This document shows, in pieces, positions 18,777 to 29,700 of a stretch of DNA of 64,000 bases. The notes beneath the pieces were generated by a model, which was not told where the DNA came from, searched no databases, and worked only from the letters and a program-made list of their open reading frames with translations. Where the stretch lies: contig JAKFBS010000001.1 of assembly GCA_036677065.1 (NCBI GenBank), positions 640,001 through 704,000 of the forward strand, in the 5' to 3' direction. Position numbers and translations under genes: made by a program. How positions within the stretch are numbered: position 1 is the first letter of the stretch; the number at the start of each line of letters is the position of its first letter. Origin of the DNA: Bdellovibrio sp. Its GTDB lineage: Bacteria; Bdellovibrionota; Bdellovibrionia; Bdellovibrionales; Bdellovibrionaceae.

Positions 18777-19598
18777 ATGAATTCTCGCAGTCAGGCCTTA
18801 CAAGATTCTTTAAAAGACGCCATTAAGGCAGTGCTTAAACAGCAGAAAAAAACCTATGACAATTTAGCCGAAGAATTAGAAATCTCGGTGCCTACGGTTA
18901 AAAGAATTCTTACTAAAGAAGAGATGAGCTTATCGCGCTTATTACAGATTTGTGATTATTTAAAAATATCTCTGACTGAATTAGAAAAAATTGCCAATTA
19001 CAATAAAAATACAGCAACAAACAGGTTCACAGAAAAACAAGAAGAGTTTCTGGCGAAAAATCCAAACTACTTAACTTTCTTGTTGATGATGTATTCCGAC
19101 TTATCGCCGGAAGAAATTATGAAGCAAACTAAAATCGATGACAAAAGTTTAAAGCTCTATTTGTTACGTTTAGAAAAGCTGGATCTAATTACTTATCATA
19201 AAGGAAGGTATGCAATGCCTTTTGAGCTTTTTCCAAATTTGATTCCTTACGGAAAAATTCATGAAGCCAATTTTAATAACATTATTGAATCGGGCGCAAA
19301 TTTTTTTAAACGCTACAATAGACAACGCATTTTAGCCAAAAATACAGAGCGCGATAAAGGGTCTACGATGGGATTAACGATGTTAACTTTGAGCCGTGAA
19401 AGTTATCTTGAGTGGTTTGATAAAATTAAAAAGTTATATCAAGAGTTGCAGGATATTTCGCTCGTCGAAGAAAAAATGCCGAAATTAAAAAATAAAAAAA
19501 CAATTGTGATTATGAGCTGTCACGGTGTTATTGAGTCAGATGATCCGGAAGTAGAGTTTTTGCAGAATTCATTTGGTGTGGTAAAGAATATTACCTAG
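18777..19598 (+). CDS. XRE-family HTH regulator with second winged-HTH-like domain
   Basis: TYDNLAEELEISVPTVKRIL; FTEKQEEFLA; YLLRLEKLDLI. Confidence 0.8.
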   Translation: MNSRSQALQDSLKDAIKAVLKQQKKTYDNLAEELEISVPTVKRILTKEEMSLSRLLQICDYLKISLTELEKIANYNKNTATNRFTEKQEEFLAKNPNYLTFLLMMYSDLSPEEIMKQTKIDDKSLKLYLLRLEKLDLITYHKGRYAMPFELFPNLIPYGKIHEANFNNIIESGANFFKRYNRQRILAKNTERDKGSTMGLTMLTLSRESYLEWFDKIKKLYQELQDISLVEEKMPKLKNKKTIVIMSCHGVIESDDPEVEFLQNSFGVVKNIT

Positions 19599-19687
19599 AG
19601 AAAGAAATAGTTTTGCCTTCGGCAAAAAATCGAGCCGGGCAGTCGTTGAAGTTTACTTGACCGCCCGCTCATGAAATCAAAAAAGAA

Positions 19688-20011
19688 CTATTGAGCTTTT
19701 GCTCCGCCTTTGTATCCGTAAGCTACTGTGCACCAAGTGTGTTTGATGAATAGTAAGCTTGAAGAGTGTTGGTCAATGTGTGAAACGATTGACATACCAC
19801 CAGCTTTTGCAGCTTCAGCAACAGAAGCATCGCCAGTAGCGTAAGCGCCTAACCAGCTAGTTGCACAAGCTTCACCACGTAATGGACCTTTAGGTAAGTG
19901 AGTAGTTGCTACTGGACCGTGAACGTCAGAGTAGATAAATCCACCAACAGGTTGAGTTGAAGCACAGCCAGCTAAAGTTACTAAAGCTAATACAGCGATT
20001 AAAATTTTCAT
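19688..20011 (-). CDS. TRL-like family lipoprotein
   Basis: LAGC lipobox; GEACATSWLG..ATGDASVAEAAKAGG...CTVAYG. Confidence 0.8.
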   Translation of the reverse strand: MKILIAVLALVTLAGCASTQPVGGFIYSDVHGPVATTHLPKGPLRGEACATSWLGAYATGDASVAEAAKAGGMSIVSHIDQHSSSLLFIKHTWCTVAYGYKGGAKAQ

Positions 20012-20151
20012 GAAGAATCCCTTCGTTGAGTATAAAATATTGCAAAATTGCAAATAAACTTGAAACAGTATGATTTCTAATCACTTTTTCGTCCAGTCAT
20101 GATGCCTCTGAGCTAGACCTTCGACCAGACAATAAGCATAATTAAAAGTAG

Positions 20152-21195
20152 ATGTCGAACCACCCAGAATCAGAAAAAATAATTCTTTTTGAACTTCGTC
20201 GCGAGTTTTTAGAAATCGCACGCACGCGCAAGCTGAAATTTCAGTTAGCAAATGTTCAATTATTTGATTCACAAAGTAAGTGGGGCGAATACGATCATCT
20301 TACTCGCACAATTTCCATCTCGCGTAATTTAGTGCAAAAGTTTTCTTGGGCAAATGTTGTGGGCGTATTAAAACATGAGATGGCTCATCAATGGGTTTAT
20401 GAAAACTATTCAGACAGTGATGTTTCGGCGCACGGTAAAGAATTTCATCTAGCTTGTGAAAAATTAAAACTACAAGCGCTGTACTGTTCAAGCAAAGTTG
20501 AACTTGCATCAGAAAATCCAAATTTTCATGTGGTTGATGAAACTAATCCATTAATTGAAAAAGTTAAAAAGCTTATGTCATTAGCCACTTCGACGAATGA
20601 GCACGAAGCAAGTCTTGCGGCTACGAAGGTTCGCGAGCTGTATTTAAAATATAATCTTGAGCAGACAGATCTGGGTAAAACCAGTGAAGTTACGCATTTG
20701 ATTATTTCTACAGGTAAAAAACGTCTTTCGCTGATCGAGAAAAAGATTATCGCGATGCTGGTTGAATTTTATTTTGTTCAAGTGATCGTAGTGCAGGAAT
20801 TCGATTCAAAAACATTAGCACATTACCAAGCTTTAGAAATTATCGGTTTAAAAGAAAATACGCTTATGGCTGAATATGTGTATCAGTTTTTATATCGTGC
20901 TACTAAGGGTTATGCCGGCACTTCGATGAAGCTTGGTTTGTTAGATGGTTTTGCACAAAAGCTTAAGGCTCCGGTCACCGCAAGCACAGCAAATGAAAAA
21001 GCCCTGATGGTTCGTGCAGAAGCCGAGCTTGAAGATTATGTGCATGATTATTTCCCGCGTTTACGCAGTCTGCGTTCATCATCGCGACAAATTTCAAGCA
21101 GTGATTATAACCATGGTGTAAGCCAAGGGCAGAAACTTAATTTAAATAAACCGATTTCTGAAAAGAATCGTGGCGCAACAAAACTTATAGGTTAA
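20152..21195 (+). CDS. SprT-like zinc metalloprotease with DUF2786-like domain
   Basis: HEMAH plus HGKEF; KVKKLMSLA.STNEHEA. Confidence 0.8.
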   Translation: MSNHPESEKIILFELRREFLEIARTRKLKFQLANVQLFDSQSKWGEYDHLTRTISISRNLVQKFSWANVVGVLKHEMAHQWVYENYSDSDVSAHGKEFHLACEKLKLQALYCSSKVELASENPNFHVVDETNPLIEKVKKLMSLATSTNEHEASLAATKVRELYLKYNLEQTDLGKTSEVTHLIISTGKKRLSLIEKKIIAMLVEFYFVQVIVVQEFDSKTLAHYQALEIIGLKENTLMAEYVYQFLYRATKGYAGTSMKLGLLDGFAQKLKAPVTASTANEKALMVRAEAELEDYVHDYFPRLRSLRSSSRQISSSDYNHGVSQGQKLNLNKPISEKNRGATKLIG

Positions 21196-21205
21196 TAATT
21201 CAGAT

Positions 21206-21691
21206 ATGAAACAAAAAATAGTAATTTTATTGGCGACCTTTTTTGGTTCGGGAAAGCTGCCTAAATCTCCGGGCACATGGGGAACATTAGCGACAATTCC
21301 GCTATGGTATTTGTTAGCTACAAATCTTCATGCAGTAACATACATGATCGTCACTCTACTTTTATGTGTGGCTGCAATTCTGATTGCACAAGCCTACGAA
21401 AATATGACCAACACGCATGATTCAAAAGAAATTGTCATTGATGAAGTGGTGGGTTTTTTAATCACGATGACGTGGCTTCCGTTAACATGGCAAAGTTTGA
21501 TCGCGGGTTTTATTTTGTTTCGCATCGTCGATATCACGAAACCACCTCCGATTAGACAGTTAGATCAAAAAGTAAAAGGCGGGGTCGGCGTCGTGATCGA
21601 TGATATTGCTGCCGGATTAGTGTGCAACGTAGTTCTGCAGCTTGTTTATACCTACACGCCATGGCTTGGGGCGCAAACCCAGACTTTATAA
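21206..21691 (+). CDS. pgpA: Phosphatidylglycerophosphatase A
   Basis: PGTWGT, HDSKEIVIDEVVG, FRIVDITKP, GVVIDD. Confidence 0.93.
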   Translation: MKQKIVILLATFFGSGKLPKSPGTWGTLATIPLWYLLATNLHAVTYMIVTLLLCVAAILIAQAYENMTNTHDSKEIVIDEVVGFLITMTWLPLTWQSLIAGFILFRIVDITKPPPIRQLDQKVKGGVGVVIDDIAAGLVCNVVLQLVYTYTPWLGAQTQTL

Positions 21692-21778
21692 TAGATTAGT
21701 TAAAAAAAGCTCTTTACATATGTGTAAGTGATATGTAAATTTATATGTAAGTTATATGAAAGTAATTACGGATTAAGC

Positions 21779-22330
21779 ATGAAGACACCAACAAATGTGC
21801 AAACTGAAGATCTGAATTCTCGAATGAAAACTGCTCTAAAAAAGGCGGTTCAGGTTGTTCGTGACAAGGGTATGTCGGTGGGGTTTGCTGAGAGCTGTAC
21901 CGGGGGACTTTTAGCAAGTTCGCTAACCCAACAATCAGGGGTCTCAGATATTTTCTGGGGTTCAGTTGTTTGTTACGCGAATGAAAGTAAGAGTACTTTT
22001 TTGGGTGTGCAAGAGTCTGTGTTTAAAGAATTCGGTGCTGTCAGCAACGAATGCGCAAAACAGATGGCTGAAGGATTGGCCGCACAAATCAAAAAGACAA
22101 CATCGAAAGATGTCGTAACGGTTTCAGTGACCGGAATAGCAGGACCGAGCGGCGGAACACCAACAAAGCCAGTAGGAACTGTATTCATTGCGGTGGCTGG
22201 TACGAAGTTAGCAACTCAAGTATTTCATCACGAATTCGTAACTACAGATAAAGATAAACAGTTAACTCGCGAAGAGGTTCAACAAGCAGCGGCCGTTGCA
22301 GCGTTAGAACATCTAAGCGAAATTTTTTAA
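21779..22330 (+). CDS. cinA: CinA C-terminal domain / nicotinamide-nucleotide amidohydrolase (PncC-like)
   Basis: AESCTGG, GAVS, TGIAGPSGG..KPVGTV; directly upstream of recA. Confidence 0.88.
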   Translation: MKTPTNVQTEDLNSRMKTALKKAVQVVRDKGMSVGFAESCTGGLLASSLTQQSGVSDIFWGSVVCYANESKSTFLGVQESVFKEFGAVSNECAKQMAEGLAAQIKKTTSKDVVTVSVTGIAGPSGGTPTKPVGTVFIAVAGTKLATQVFHHEFVTTDKDKQLTREEVQQAAAVAALEHLSEIF

Positions 22331-22369
22331 TAATTTATTATATAAATATATATAAGAGGAGCAAAAAAC

Positions 22370-23527
22370 ATGGCAAATCCACAAGAACAAAAAGCACAAG
22401 GCGAAAAACTAAAAGCATTAGAACTAGCAGTTTCTACTATCGAAAAACAATTCGGTAAAGGTTCGATCATGCGTTTAGGCAGCAATGATTCTTTACATAA
22501 AGACGTAGAAGTTATTTCTTCTGGTTCTTTATCATTAGACGTTGCACTTGGTATCGGTGGTCTTCCTAAAGGTCGTATCGTTGAAATCTTTGGCCCAGAA
22601 TCTTCTGGTAAAACAACTTTAGCTCTTTCTACAATCGCTCAAGCTCAGAAAAAAGGTGGCGTTGTTGCATTCGTAGATGCTGAGCATGCTTTAGATACAA
22701 ATTACGCTCGTAAACTTGGTGTTAACGTTGCTGATTTATTAATTTCTCAACCAGACACTGGTGAACAAGCTTTAGAAATCGTTGAAACGTTAGTTCGTTC
22801 TGGCGCAGTAGACGTATTGGTTGTCGATTCAGTTGCGGCTTTAGTTCCACGCGCTGAGATCGAAGGCGAAATGGGTGATTCTCATATGGGTTTACAAGCT
22901 CGTTTGATGTCTCAAGCATTACGTAAATTAACGGCTGCGATTTCTCGTTCAAACACTTTAGTTATTTTCATCAATCAGATCCGTATGAAAATCGGTGTTA
23001 TGTTCGGAAACCCAGAAACTACAACTGGTGGTAATGCTTTAAAATTCTACGCTTCAGTTCGTTTAGATGTACGCCGTGTTGGTGCCATCAAAAATGGTGA
23101 AGAAGTCACTGGTAACAGAACAGCTGTTAAAGTTGTGAAAAATAAAATGGCTTCTCCGTTTACAAAAGTTGAATTCGACTTAATGTACGGTGAAGGTATT
23201 TCTGAAGAAGGTGATATCTTAGATTTAGCTGTGACTGCGAACATGGTTGAAAAATCAGGTGCGTGGTATTCATATAAAGGTGAACGTTTAGGCCAAGGCC
23301 GCGACCAAGCTAAAGAATACTTAAAAGCAAATCCACAAGCTAAAACAGAATTAAGAGCTGCGATTTTAGCTAAAAATGGTATCGGTGCATTGTTGTTAAC
23401 GAACGATATGAATGATGCTGTTACTGACGAAGATTCTGTTGAGATGGAAACTCCGAAAAAAGGTAAAAAAGCTAAAGCTGAAGCGACTCCGAAAGAAGCT
23501 AAAGCAGAAAAAGAAAAATTGAACTAA
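22370..23527 (+). CDS. recA: Recombinase A
   Basis: [42 protein letters not shown]. Confidence 0.99.
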   Translation: MANPQEQKAQGEKLKALELAVSTIEKQFGKGSIMRLGSNDSLHKDVEVISSGSLSLDVALGIGGLPKGRIVEIFGPESSGKTTLALSTIAQAQKKGGVVAFVDAEHALDTNYARKLGVNVADLLISQPDTGEQALEIVETLVRSGAVDVLVVDSVAALVPRAEIEGEMGDSHMGLQARLMSQALRKLTAAISRSNTLVIFINQIRMKIGVMFGNPETTTGGNALKFYASVRLDVRRVGAIKNGEEVTGNRTAVKVVKNKMASPFTKVEFDLMYGEGISEEGDILDLAVTANMVEKSGAWYSYKGERLGQGRDQAKEYLKANPQAKTELRAAILAKNGIGALLLTNDMNDAVTDEDSVEMETPKKGKKAKAEATPKEAKAEKEKLN

Positions 23528-23557
23528 TCGTTTGATTTTAAATTTAAGATAGTAATG

Positions 23558-23590
23558 AAAGCCTCGGTGTTTACCGGGGCTTTTTTATTT
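23558..23590 (+). terminator. Intrinsic terminator after recA
   Basis: AAAGCCTCGGT-GTTT-ACCGGGGCTTT plus T run. Confidence 0.88.
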
Positions 23591-23601
23591 CCAGCACTTG
23601 T

Positions 23602-23650
23602 GTATCGAGTTGAGACAACGACTAAAGTCCATACTGTTTGTTGCCGATAA
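23602..23650 (+). promoter_or_regulatory. Composite sigma28-like promoter with upstream TGAGAC box
   Basis: TGAGAC (23611) - N6 - TAAAG (23623) - N15 - GCCGATAA (23643). Confidence 0.7.
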
Positions 23651-23674
23651 ATTTATGTGAGGGGTGTGAATGTT

Positions 23675-25549
23675 ATGAAATACATTTTATTTCTATTTTG
23701 CATTCTATTCTTCAATCTATCAGTCTTAGCCGAAGACGGTACGGCTTCAACAGACGATATTCGAATTAATTTAGGAAATTACAAATCAAATTCAGGCGCA
23801 GATTCTGATCCCTTCAGCCTGGCAACGCCACCCGATTTTTCTTTTGCAAACACCAGTGGCACAATTAATTTTGGCGGGGCTTATTGCTCATCCCAAAATC
23901 TAAATGCTTGTAAGACACAATATTTTTGTATGAAAGAGGGTGGCCATTGGGATTATTTGAGCGAAAGTTGCAAAAGAGCGAGCTGTCATTTCGGAACCAC
24001 TGCGGATATGGTCGATCCAGAAAAATGCATTTGTAATGGTGAAACCTTCGCTTACGTAGATCGTGGTAATTTTTTACAAAGCTGCCCGGTTCGGTGTCAG
24101 GCTTCAGAGAATAAGTCATACGCCTTTTTTTCGCGAAGTTGTGTGTGTAACGATGGTTTTACGATGGCGACAAACGGTTCTTGTGTTGCCAACCGGCCTA
24201 CGCAAGCAGCTCCGAATATCAGTGAATGCTGGCGTGAATTAGCTGAAAAAGCTGCGGCTTGTGAAACTGCGGCTGACACGGCTGTGGCTCAGTGCGAACC
24301 AGGTGAAAACGATTCATTGCAGGCACTGCAAGGGTTGTTAACTGGCGCGGGTGGTGGCGCCATAGATAACTGCGAGCGTGCAGCAACTGCAAGTACTTCG
24401 GGTTACCATCAGATAGAGGATACTCGTCGCGTCTGTGATGAAAAAATTAATTCATGTAAAACAGGTTGTGGTGATGCCACGACATTTCTTAACGCAAATA
24501 AAGCGCGTGTTTACAATGCTTGTCGTGAAAGGGCCTATCAGGCAGAAATTCAGGCAGGGCCGGCACTTCCTCCGGATCGATTTAATCCCATGTGGGATAA
24601 TCAAAACAAAGCAAATATGGATAGCCAGTTTCAAAGTTTACTCGCAAAAATTGAGAACTCTCGCGCAACGTGTGAAACAGGCACAGCGGCTAAAAATCGT
24701 GAAGAATTATCGACAGCAATGAATGAAATGAATACGAGTTCAAGAAATGCTAACCAATGCGTGTGTCAGTTAGGCTCAACAAGTGCAGATTGTACTAATT
24801 CTGTTGTGGGGCCTGCAGATTGTTCAGCTGATCCGACGCGACCAGGTTGCGCCAAGGTTGCAGACAATTGTTTCGATGCGAATAATGTTTCTTTAAGATG
24901 TATCTGTTTTAGAAATCCAGAAAGCGCTCAATGTAAGAGCTCAGCAAACCTGAACGTTAAGGCTAATGAAATGGATGCAAGTGCATTTGCCGGAAAGAAA
25001 AACGGCGTCGATACCCGCGGTAATAATACTGAAGTTAGTGGTATGGCAGCAGGTAAAACTACAGAGGGCTTTAGCAATATAGGTAATGCCAGTCAAAATT
25101 CTGAAAATTATGCTCGATCTGAATTAGCTTCTGAAGCAGTCAGTAGATCAGCGATAAGTTCTGCCGTTAGCGCTGGTGGCGAAAAACCAGCTATTGCTGC
25201 TGCGAGCGCAAGCCCCGGTGGCGGCAACGTTTTAAAAAGCGCTAATCCTTCAGCTCCAACAGTAAAAAGCAACGTTAGTGTAGGCAGTAAGCTGAGTGGG
25301 TTTTTTGATACGGCAAAATCAGCAATTGGTGGAATTTTTAAAAAAGGTTCTGGCAGTAAGGAATCGTCTGGTGATTACCGTGATGGCAGTGATCCAGCTT
25401 TTGACCAGAAAAAATTTCGACCACGTGGCATGGTTCGTGGAATTGCCAGTGTGGATGGTCTTGCTGGCAAACACGAAGACATCTGGAAAGTTATGAATAA
25501 ACAATACAAAGTCCAAGATCAAAAAGACAACTTTATTTTCGAAAAATAA
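23675..25549 (+). CDS. Large secreted Cys-rich protein, paralog A
   Basis: Signal peptide, many Cys, Ser/Ala/Gly linker, C-terminal EDIWKVMNKQY motif. Confidence 0.8.
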   Translation: MKYILFLFCILFFNLSVLAEDGTASTDDIRINLGNYKSNSGADSDPFSLATPPDFSFANTSGTINFGGAYCSSQNLNACKTQYFCMKEGGHWDYLSESCKRASCHFGTTADMVDPEKCICNGETFAYVDRGNFLQSCPVRCQASENKSYAFFSRSCVCNDGFTMATNGSCVANRPTQAAPNISECWRELAEKAAACETAADTAVAQCEPGENDSLQALQGLLTGAGGGAIDNCERAATASTSGYHQIEDTRRVCDEKINSCKTGCGDATTFLNANKARVYNACRERAYQAEIQAGPALPPDRFNPMWDNQNKANMDSQFQSLLAKIENSRATCETGTAAKNREELSTAMNEMNTSSRNANQCVCQLGSTSADCTNSVVGPADCSADPTRPGCAKVADNCFDANNVSLRCICFRNPESAQCKSSANLNVKANEMDASAFAGKKNGVDTRGNNTEVSGMAAGKTTEGFSNIGNASQNSENYARSELASEAVSRSAISSAVSAGGEKPAIAAASASPGGGNVLKSANPSAPTVKSNVSVGSKLSGFFDTAKSAIGGIFKKGSGSKESSGDYRDGSDPAFDQKKFRPRGMVRGIASVDGLAGKHEDIWKVMNKQYKVQDQKDNFIFEK

Positions 25550-25553
25550 GTCA

Positions 25554-26081
25554 TCAAAGTGCGAAGCTATATGTTGTTGTTAGCTGACCTTTTGCCGAGG
25601 CGTCTAAAGAACATTGAGCATCACCACAGGGTATATCGTACCTAGCGTTTGGTGGTCTGAAAATTTTATTCATTGCTGATTGTTCTAAAGCTTCAATAAG
25701 TGTTTTTGTGAGAGCTTGGCCCTCTGTTGTTGTTGGCGTTGCTTTTAATAACTCGATTGCTTTTGTGAAAGCTACGTCAGACATAAAATCATTTTGTTTT
25801 AGATTTGAGAATGTAAAGCTGTAGCTATAGTGGGCGCAGCCGCCTGTAGTGAAAGCTAATTTTACTTTTCCTTTTTTTAGAACTGCTTTTTGTGTCAGAA
25901 CTTTTTCTTTGTTATTACGCACTGGTTTTTTGATTGAGAGAAAGTCTTTTGATTTTTGATCTAACGCTGATTTTGCATTCGGAAAATCGTACGCGCACTG
26001 GTCTTGTGCTTGTGGAGCTTCAGCAAAAGCATTGACTCCAGTTAGTAACGCTACACAAATTAGGGTGATTATTTTTTTCAT
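25554..26081 (-). CDS. Hypothetical secreted protein
   Basis: MKKIITLICVALLTGVNAFA signal peptide; GGCAHY; directly downstream of gpx. Confidence 0.7.
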   Translation of the reverse strand: MKKIITLICVALLTGVNAFAEAPQAQDQCAYDFPNAKSALDQKSKDFLSIKKPVRNNKEKVLTQKAVLKKGKVKLAFTTGGCAHYSYSFTFSNLKQNDFMSDVAFTKAIELLKATPTTTEGQALTKTLIEALEQSAMNKIFRPPNARYDIPCGDAQCSLDASAKGQLTTTYSFAL

Positions 26082-26082
26082 A

Positions 26083-26571
26083 CTATTTGCCGAGTGCTTT
26101 TTTAATGGTCTCGTTGATCGCAGCTGGCTCAGTGTTTGGCGCGAAACGCTCAATCACTTTACCGTCTTTGCCAACTAAGAATTTTGTGAAGTTCCACTTA
26201 ACGGCTTCTGTACCTAGAATTCCTGGAGCTTCTGCTTTTAAATGCTTATAAACTTCTGCTGCTTCTCCGCCATTCACTGCAACTTTATCTAAAACGGGGA
26301 ATGTTACGCCGTAGTTCATTTCGCAGAAAGATTGAATTTCGTCACTTGTGCCGGGTTCTTGTGAACCGAATTGGTTGCATGGAAAACCTAAGATCACTAG
26401 GCCATTATCTTTGTGTTCTTGATACAATGCTTCTAGGCCTTTGTATTGTGGAGTAAAGCCACATTTACTGGCTACATTCACGACCAAAACAACTTTGTCT
26501 TTATGTTGTGATAAGTCATAGTCTTTGGCCTGGGCATCTTTAACTGTAAAATCAAAAAAACTTTTTTTCAT
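26083..26571 (-). CDS. Glutathione peroxidase (Cys-type, BtuE-like)
   Basis: NVASKCGFT, GFPCNQFG.QEPG, KWNFTKFL; catalytic codon is TGT. Confidence 0.95.
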   Translation of the reverse strand: MKKSFFDFTVKDAQAKDYDLSQHKDKVVLVVNVASKCGFTPQYKGLEALYQEHKDNGLVILGFPCNQFGSQEPGTSDEIQSFCEMNYGVTFPVLDKVAVNGGEAAEVYKHLKAEAPGILGTEAVKWNFTKFLVGKDGKVIERFAPNTEPAAINETIKKALGK

Positions 26572-26753
26572 ATCGGTCCTCTCGTGTGGATATTTTGCTT
26601 CTGATGGCACCTGATAGTTTGTTCCTATCGGTTGATCAAGTTATCGCAAACTCCTGCTTTGTATGTAGCCCACTATAACAGTTTTATTGTACGATAACAT
26701 AGTACTTTCTAAAGGCTAAAACCTTTAGTTATAGATGAATAGAGAATAGCTAT

Positions 26754-29700
26754 ATGTCACTAAGCAACATACCACAGACCGTTTCTTTAACTCGTAATCC
26801 GAACTTGTCGGCACCGAAAGTTGATCGCACCTCAGCAAATGAGGTGCAGCAAAAATTTGGTGAGCGCTGGTGGACAGGTTTACATCCTGAAAAATGTACC
26901 GGCTTTGATCGCGAGAAAAAATACCTAGCGGCCTTGCCATTAATTAATTTAGAAATTTGCACGCGCCAAGATGTGATGGATTATTTCGACAACACTTGGA
27001 CGCTGACTGAAATTTTGTTCGCTGGTCTTAAACATGAATCAACCTACATTCGTCCGCCGTATCATCAGCTGCGTCATCCGCTGATGTTTTATTACGGTCA
27101 CCCGGCAGTTTTATTTTTAAATAAACTTCGTTTAGCTGGGGTTGTGGATAATCCTGTGGATTTGTACCTCGAGAAAGTCCTTGAAACCGGCGTGGATGAG
27201 ATGTCTTGGGATGATATGGCTAAAAATGAAATGGAATGGCCAAATGTGGCAACCGTTCATGAGTATCGCCAAAAAATTTATAACTTAATTAAAAATGTAA
27301 TTCAGACTCATCCAGATCTGGATTTAGCCGCACGCAAAGCGAAAAATATTCAAATAGGGCCGCAACATCCGCTGTGGTCGTTATTTATGGGTTTTGAACA
27401 TGAAAAAATACATTTCGAAACTAGCAGCGTGTTGATGCGCGAACTTCCGATTGAATTAGTTGAAACTCCGAAATACTGGGCGCCACTTTATGATTCTAAA
27501 TCTACAAAGACGGCAAAACCAGCAGCAGGAAAAGATTTTCCAGCGAACACTTGGAGTGCGCAAAAAGGATCTCTGGTTAGTTACGGAAAATCTGAAAACG
27601 CACCAAGTTTTGGTTGGGATAACGAATACGGTTACAGAAAATCTAAAACAAAAGATTTTCAGTTAACTGAACAACTTATCAGTAATGGTGAATATTTTGA
27701 TTTCGTCGCAAGTGGCGCTTATCAAGAAGATAAATACTGGCAGGCTGAAGGTTTGATGTGGCGTAAGTTTCGCAATACCAAACGCCCGACGTTTTGGGTG
27801 GCTTACGGGCCAGAAGGTTTACACGAGTATAAATTAAGAACCATTTTTGAAATTATTGATATGCCTTGGGATTGGCCGGCAGAAGTAAATTTTCACGAAG
27901 CGCAAGCCTATTGCCGTTGGAAGCAAGAACAAGATAAGAGCTCTCTTCACTATCGGTTAATCACCGAAGCTGAATTTGTTTCGTTGAAACTGAAATTACC
28001 AACTGATGAAGTTTTGCAAAACGCCGAATATAAAAAATCTGGTACGGTACATTCTGAAAAATTTAATTTTAATTTTCATCACGCATCACCGCGTCCAGTG
28101 AATACGGGCAGCGCTGATTCGGGCGTCAGAGATTTAATGGGTAATGTGTGGCAATGGGCCGAAGATCAATTTAATCCGCTTGAAGGATTTAAAATTAATA
28201 AATTATACGATGATTTTTCAACGCCGTGTTTTGATGGTAAACATCAAATGATCTTAGGCGGAAGTTTTATCAGTTGTGGTCACGAAGCCAGCATCAATGC
28301 ACGTTTTCACTTTCGCCCACATTTTTTTCAACATGCAGGGTTTCGTATAGCGGCCACTTTAGATGGGTCGCATGACAATGCGGCCATTCGATTAAAACAC
28401 GACACACAATACGTGCACACCAAACGTGAAAACGTTTTAGATCAAATGCAAAAAGAGGATTGGTGGAAGTCAGTTCAACAGCCGATGGAGTTATCTGAAG
28501 AAGAAATTCAGAAAGCTTATGAAGCTGCCGAAAAATTTGTCAGAAATTTTGAACACAACCGTAAAGACGTGTCTCCGATGGGAACGGCTTTAGATCCATA
28601 CACCAATGATATTAAAAAAGATTATCGCAGACCGTATCAGACGACAAAAAACTTTCCTGAAACTCCGGAAAGTTTTGAAAAGCTTGTGCAATTTATTGCC
28701 ACTGACATTGCGCCATTAGGGCAGCAGCCTGGGCATCCAGGTTATATGGCCTATGTGGCAGGGGCTGCCAATCCGTTAAGTGCTCCGGCGCAAGCGCTGG
28801 CGATGACGATGAATCAATTTACTGGACATTTCAGTTTAGCGCCAGGATTGGTCACTTTAGAAATGGAAGTCATTCGTTGGTTTACGACGATGATGAAATA
28901 CTCTGAACAAACAGCTACTGGAATTTTAACCGGTGGTGGCAGCCAAGCAAATATGATGGCGCTAGTGGCAGCCAGAAATAAATTATTTTCGCAAAAATTA
29001 GAATTATCAAAAGCCAGATTTTATGCTTCGACCCAGGTGCATCATTGTATTGGTAAAGCCATCGCATTTTTAGGATTTCCGAAAGAGTGCTTACGACTTA
29101 TTGCCACTGATCAGAATTATTCAATGATCGCCAGTGAATTAGATAAATCTATCGCTGAAGATTTGAAAAATGGTTTCGTGCCTGTCGCCGTCGTTGGCAC
29201 TGCGGGAACGACGAATACGGGTTCAGTAGATCCATTAGATGCGATCGCAGATATCTGCGAAAAAAATAAAATCTGGTTTCATGTCGATGGGGCGTATGGA
29301 GCTTTATTTATGTTAACCGATAAGGGACAAAAAGTTTTATCTGGCATTGAACGATCACAGTCAGTGGCTCTTGATCCGCACAAGGCTTTGCAAATTCCGT
29401 ACGGGGTAGGGTGTTTGTTAATTAAAAACAAAAGCGATTTATCAACACAATATGCGGGCAACAGTTCATATATGCCACCATCACCTGGGTTGCATGAAGA
29501 GCAATTTAGTTTAATTGATTTTGCTGATATTTCGCCCGAGTTATCGCGCGATCCGCGCGGATTACGTGTATGGCTTCCGCTCAAAGCGTTTGGAGTTGGC
29601 CCGTTTAAATTAAATCTAGAAGAAAAAATTCAGCTTTCTGATTATTTGCACAGTGAGCTTAAAAAAATCTCTTTAGTTAAAGTAGTTTCAGCACCGCACT

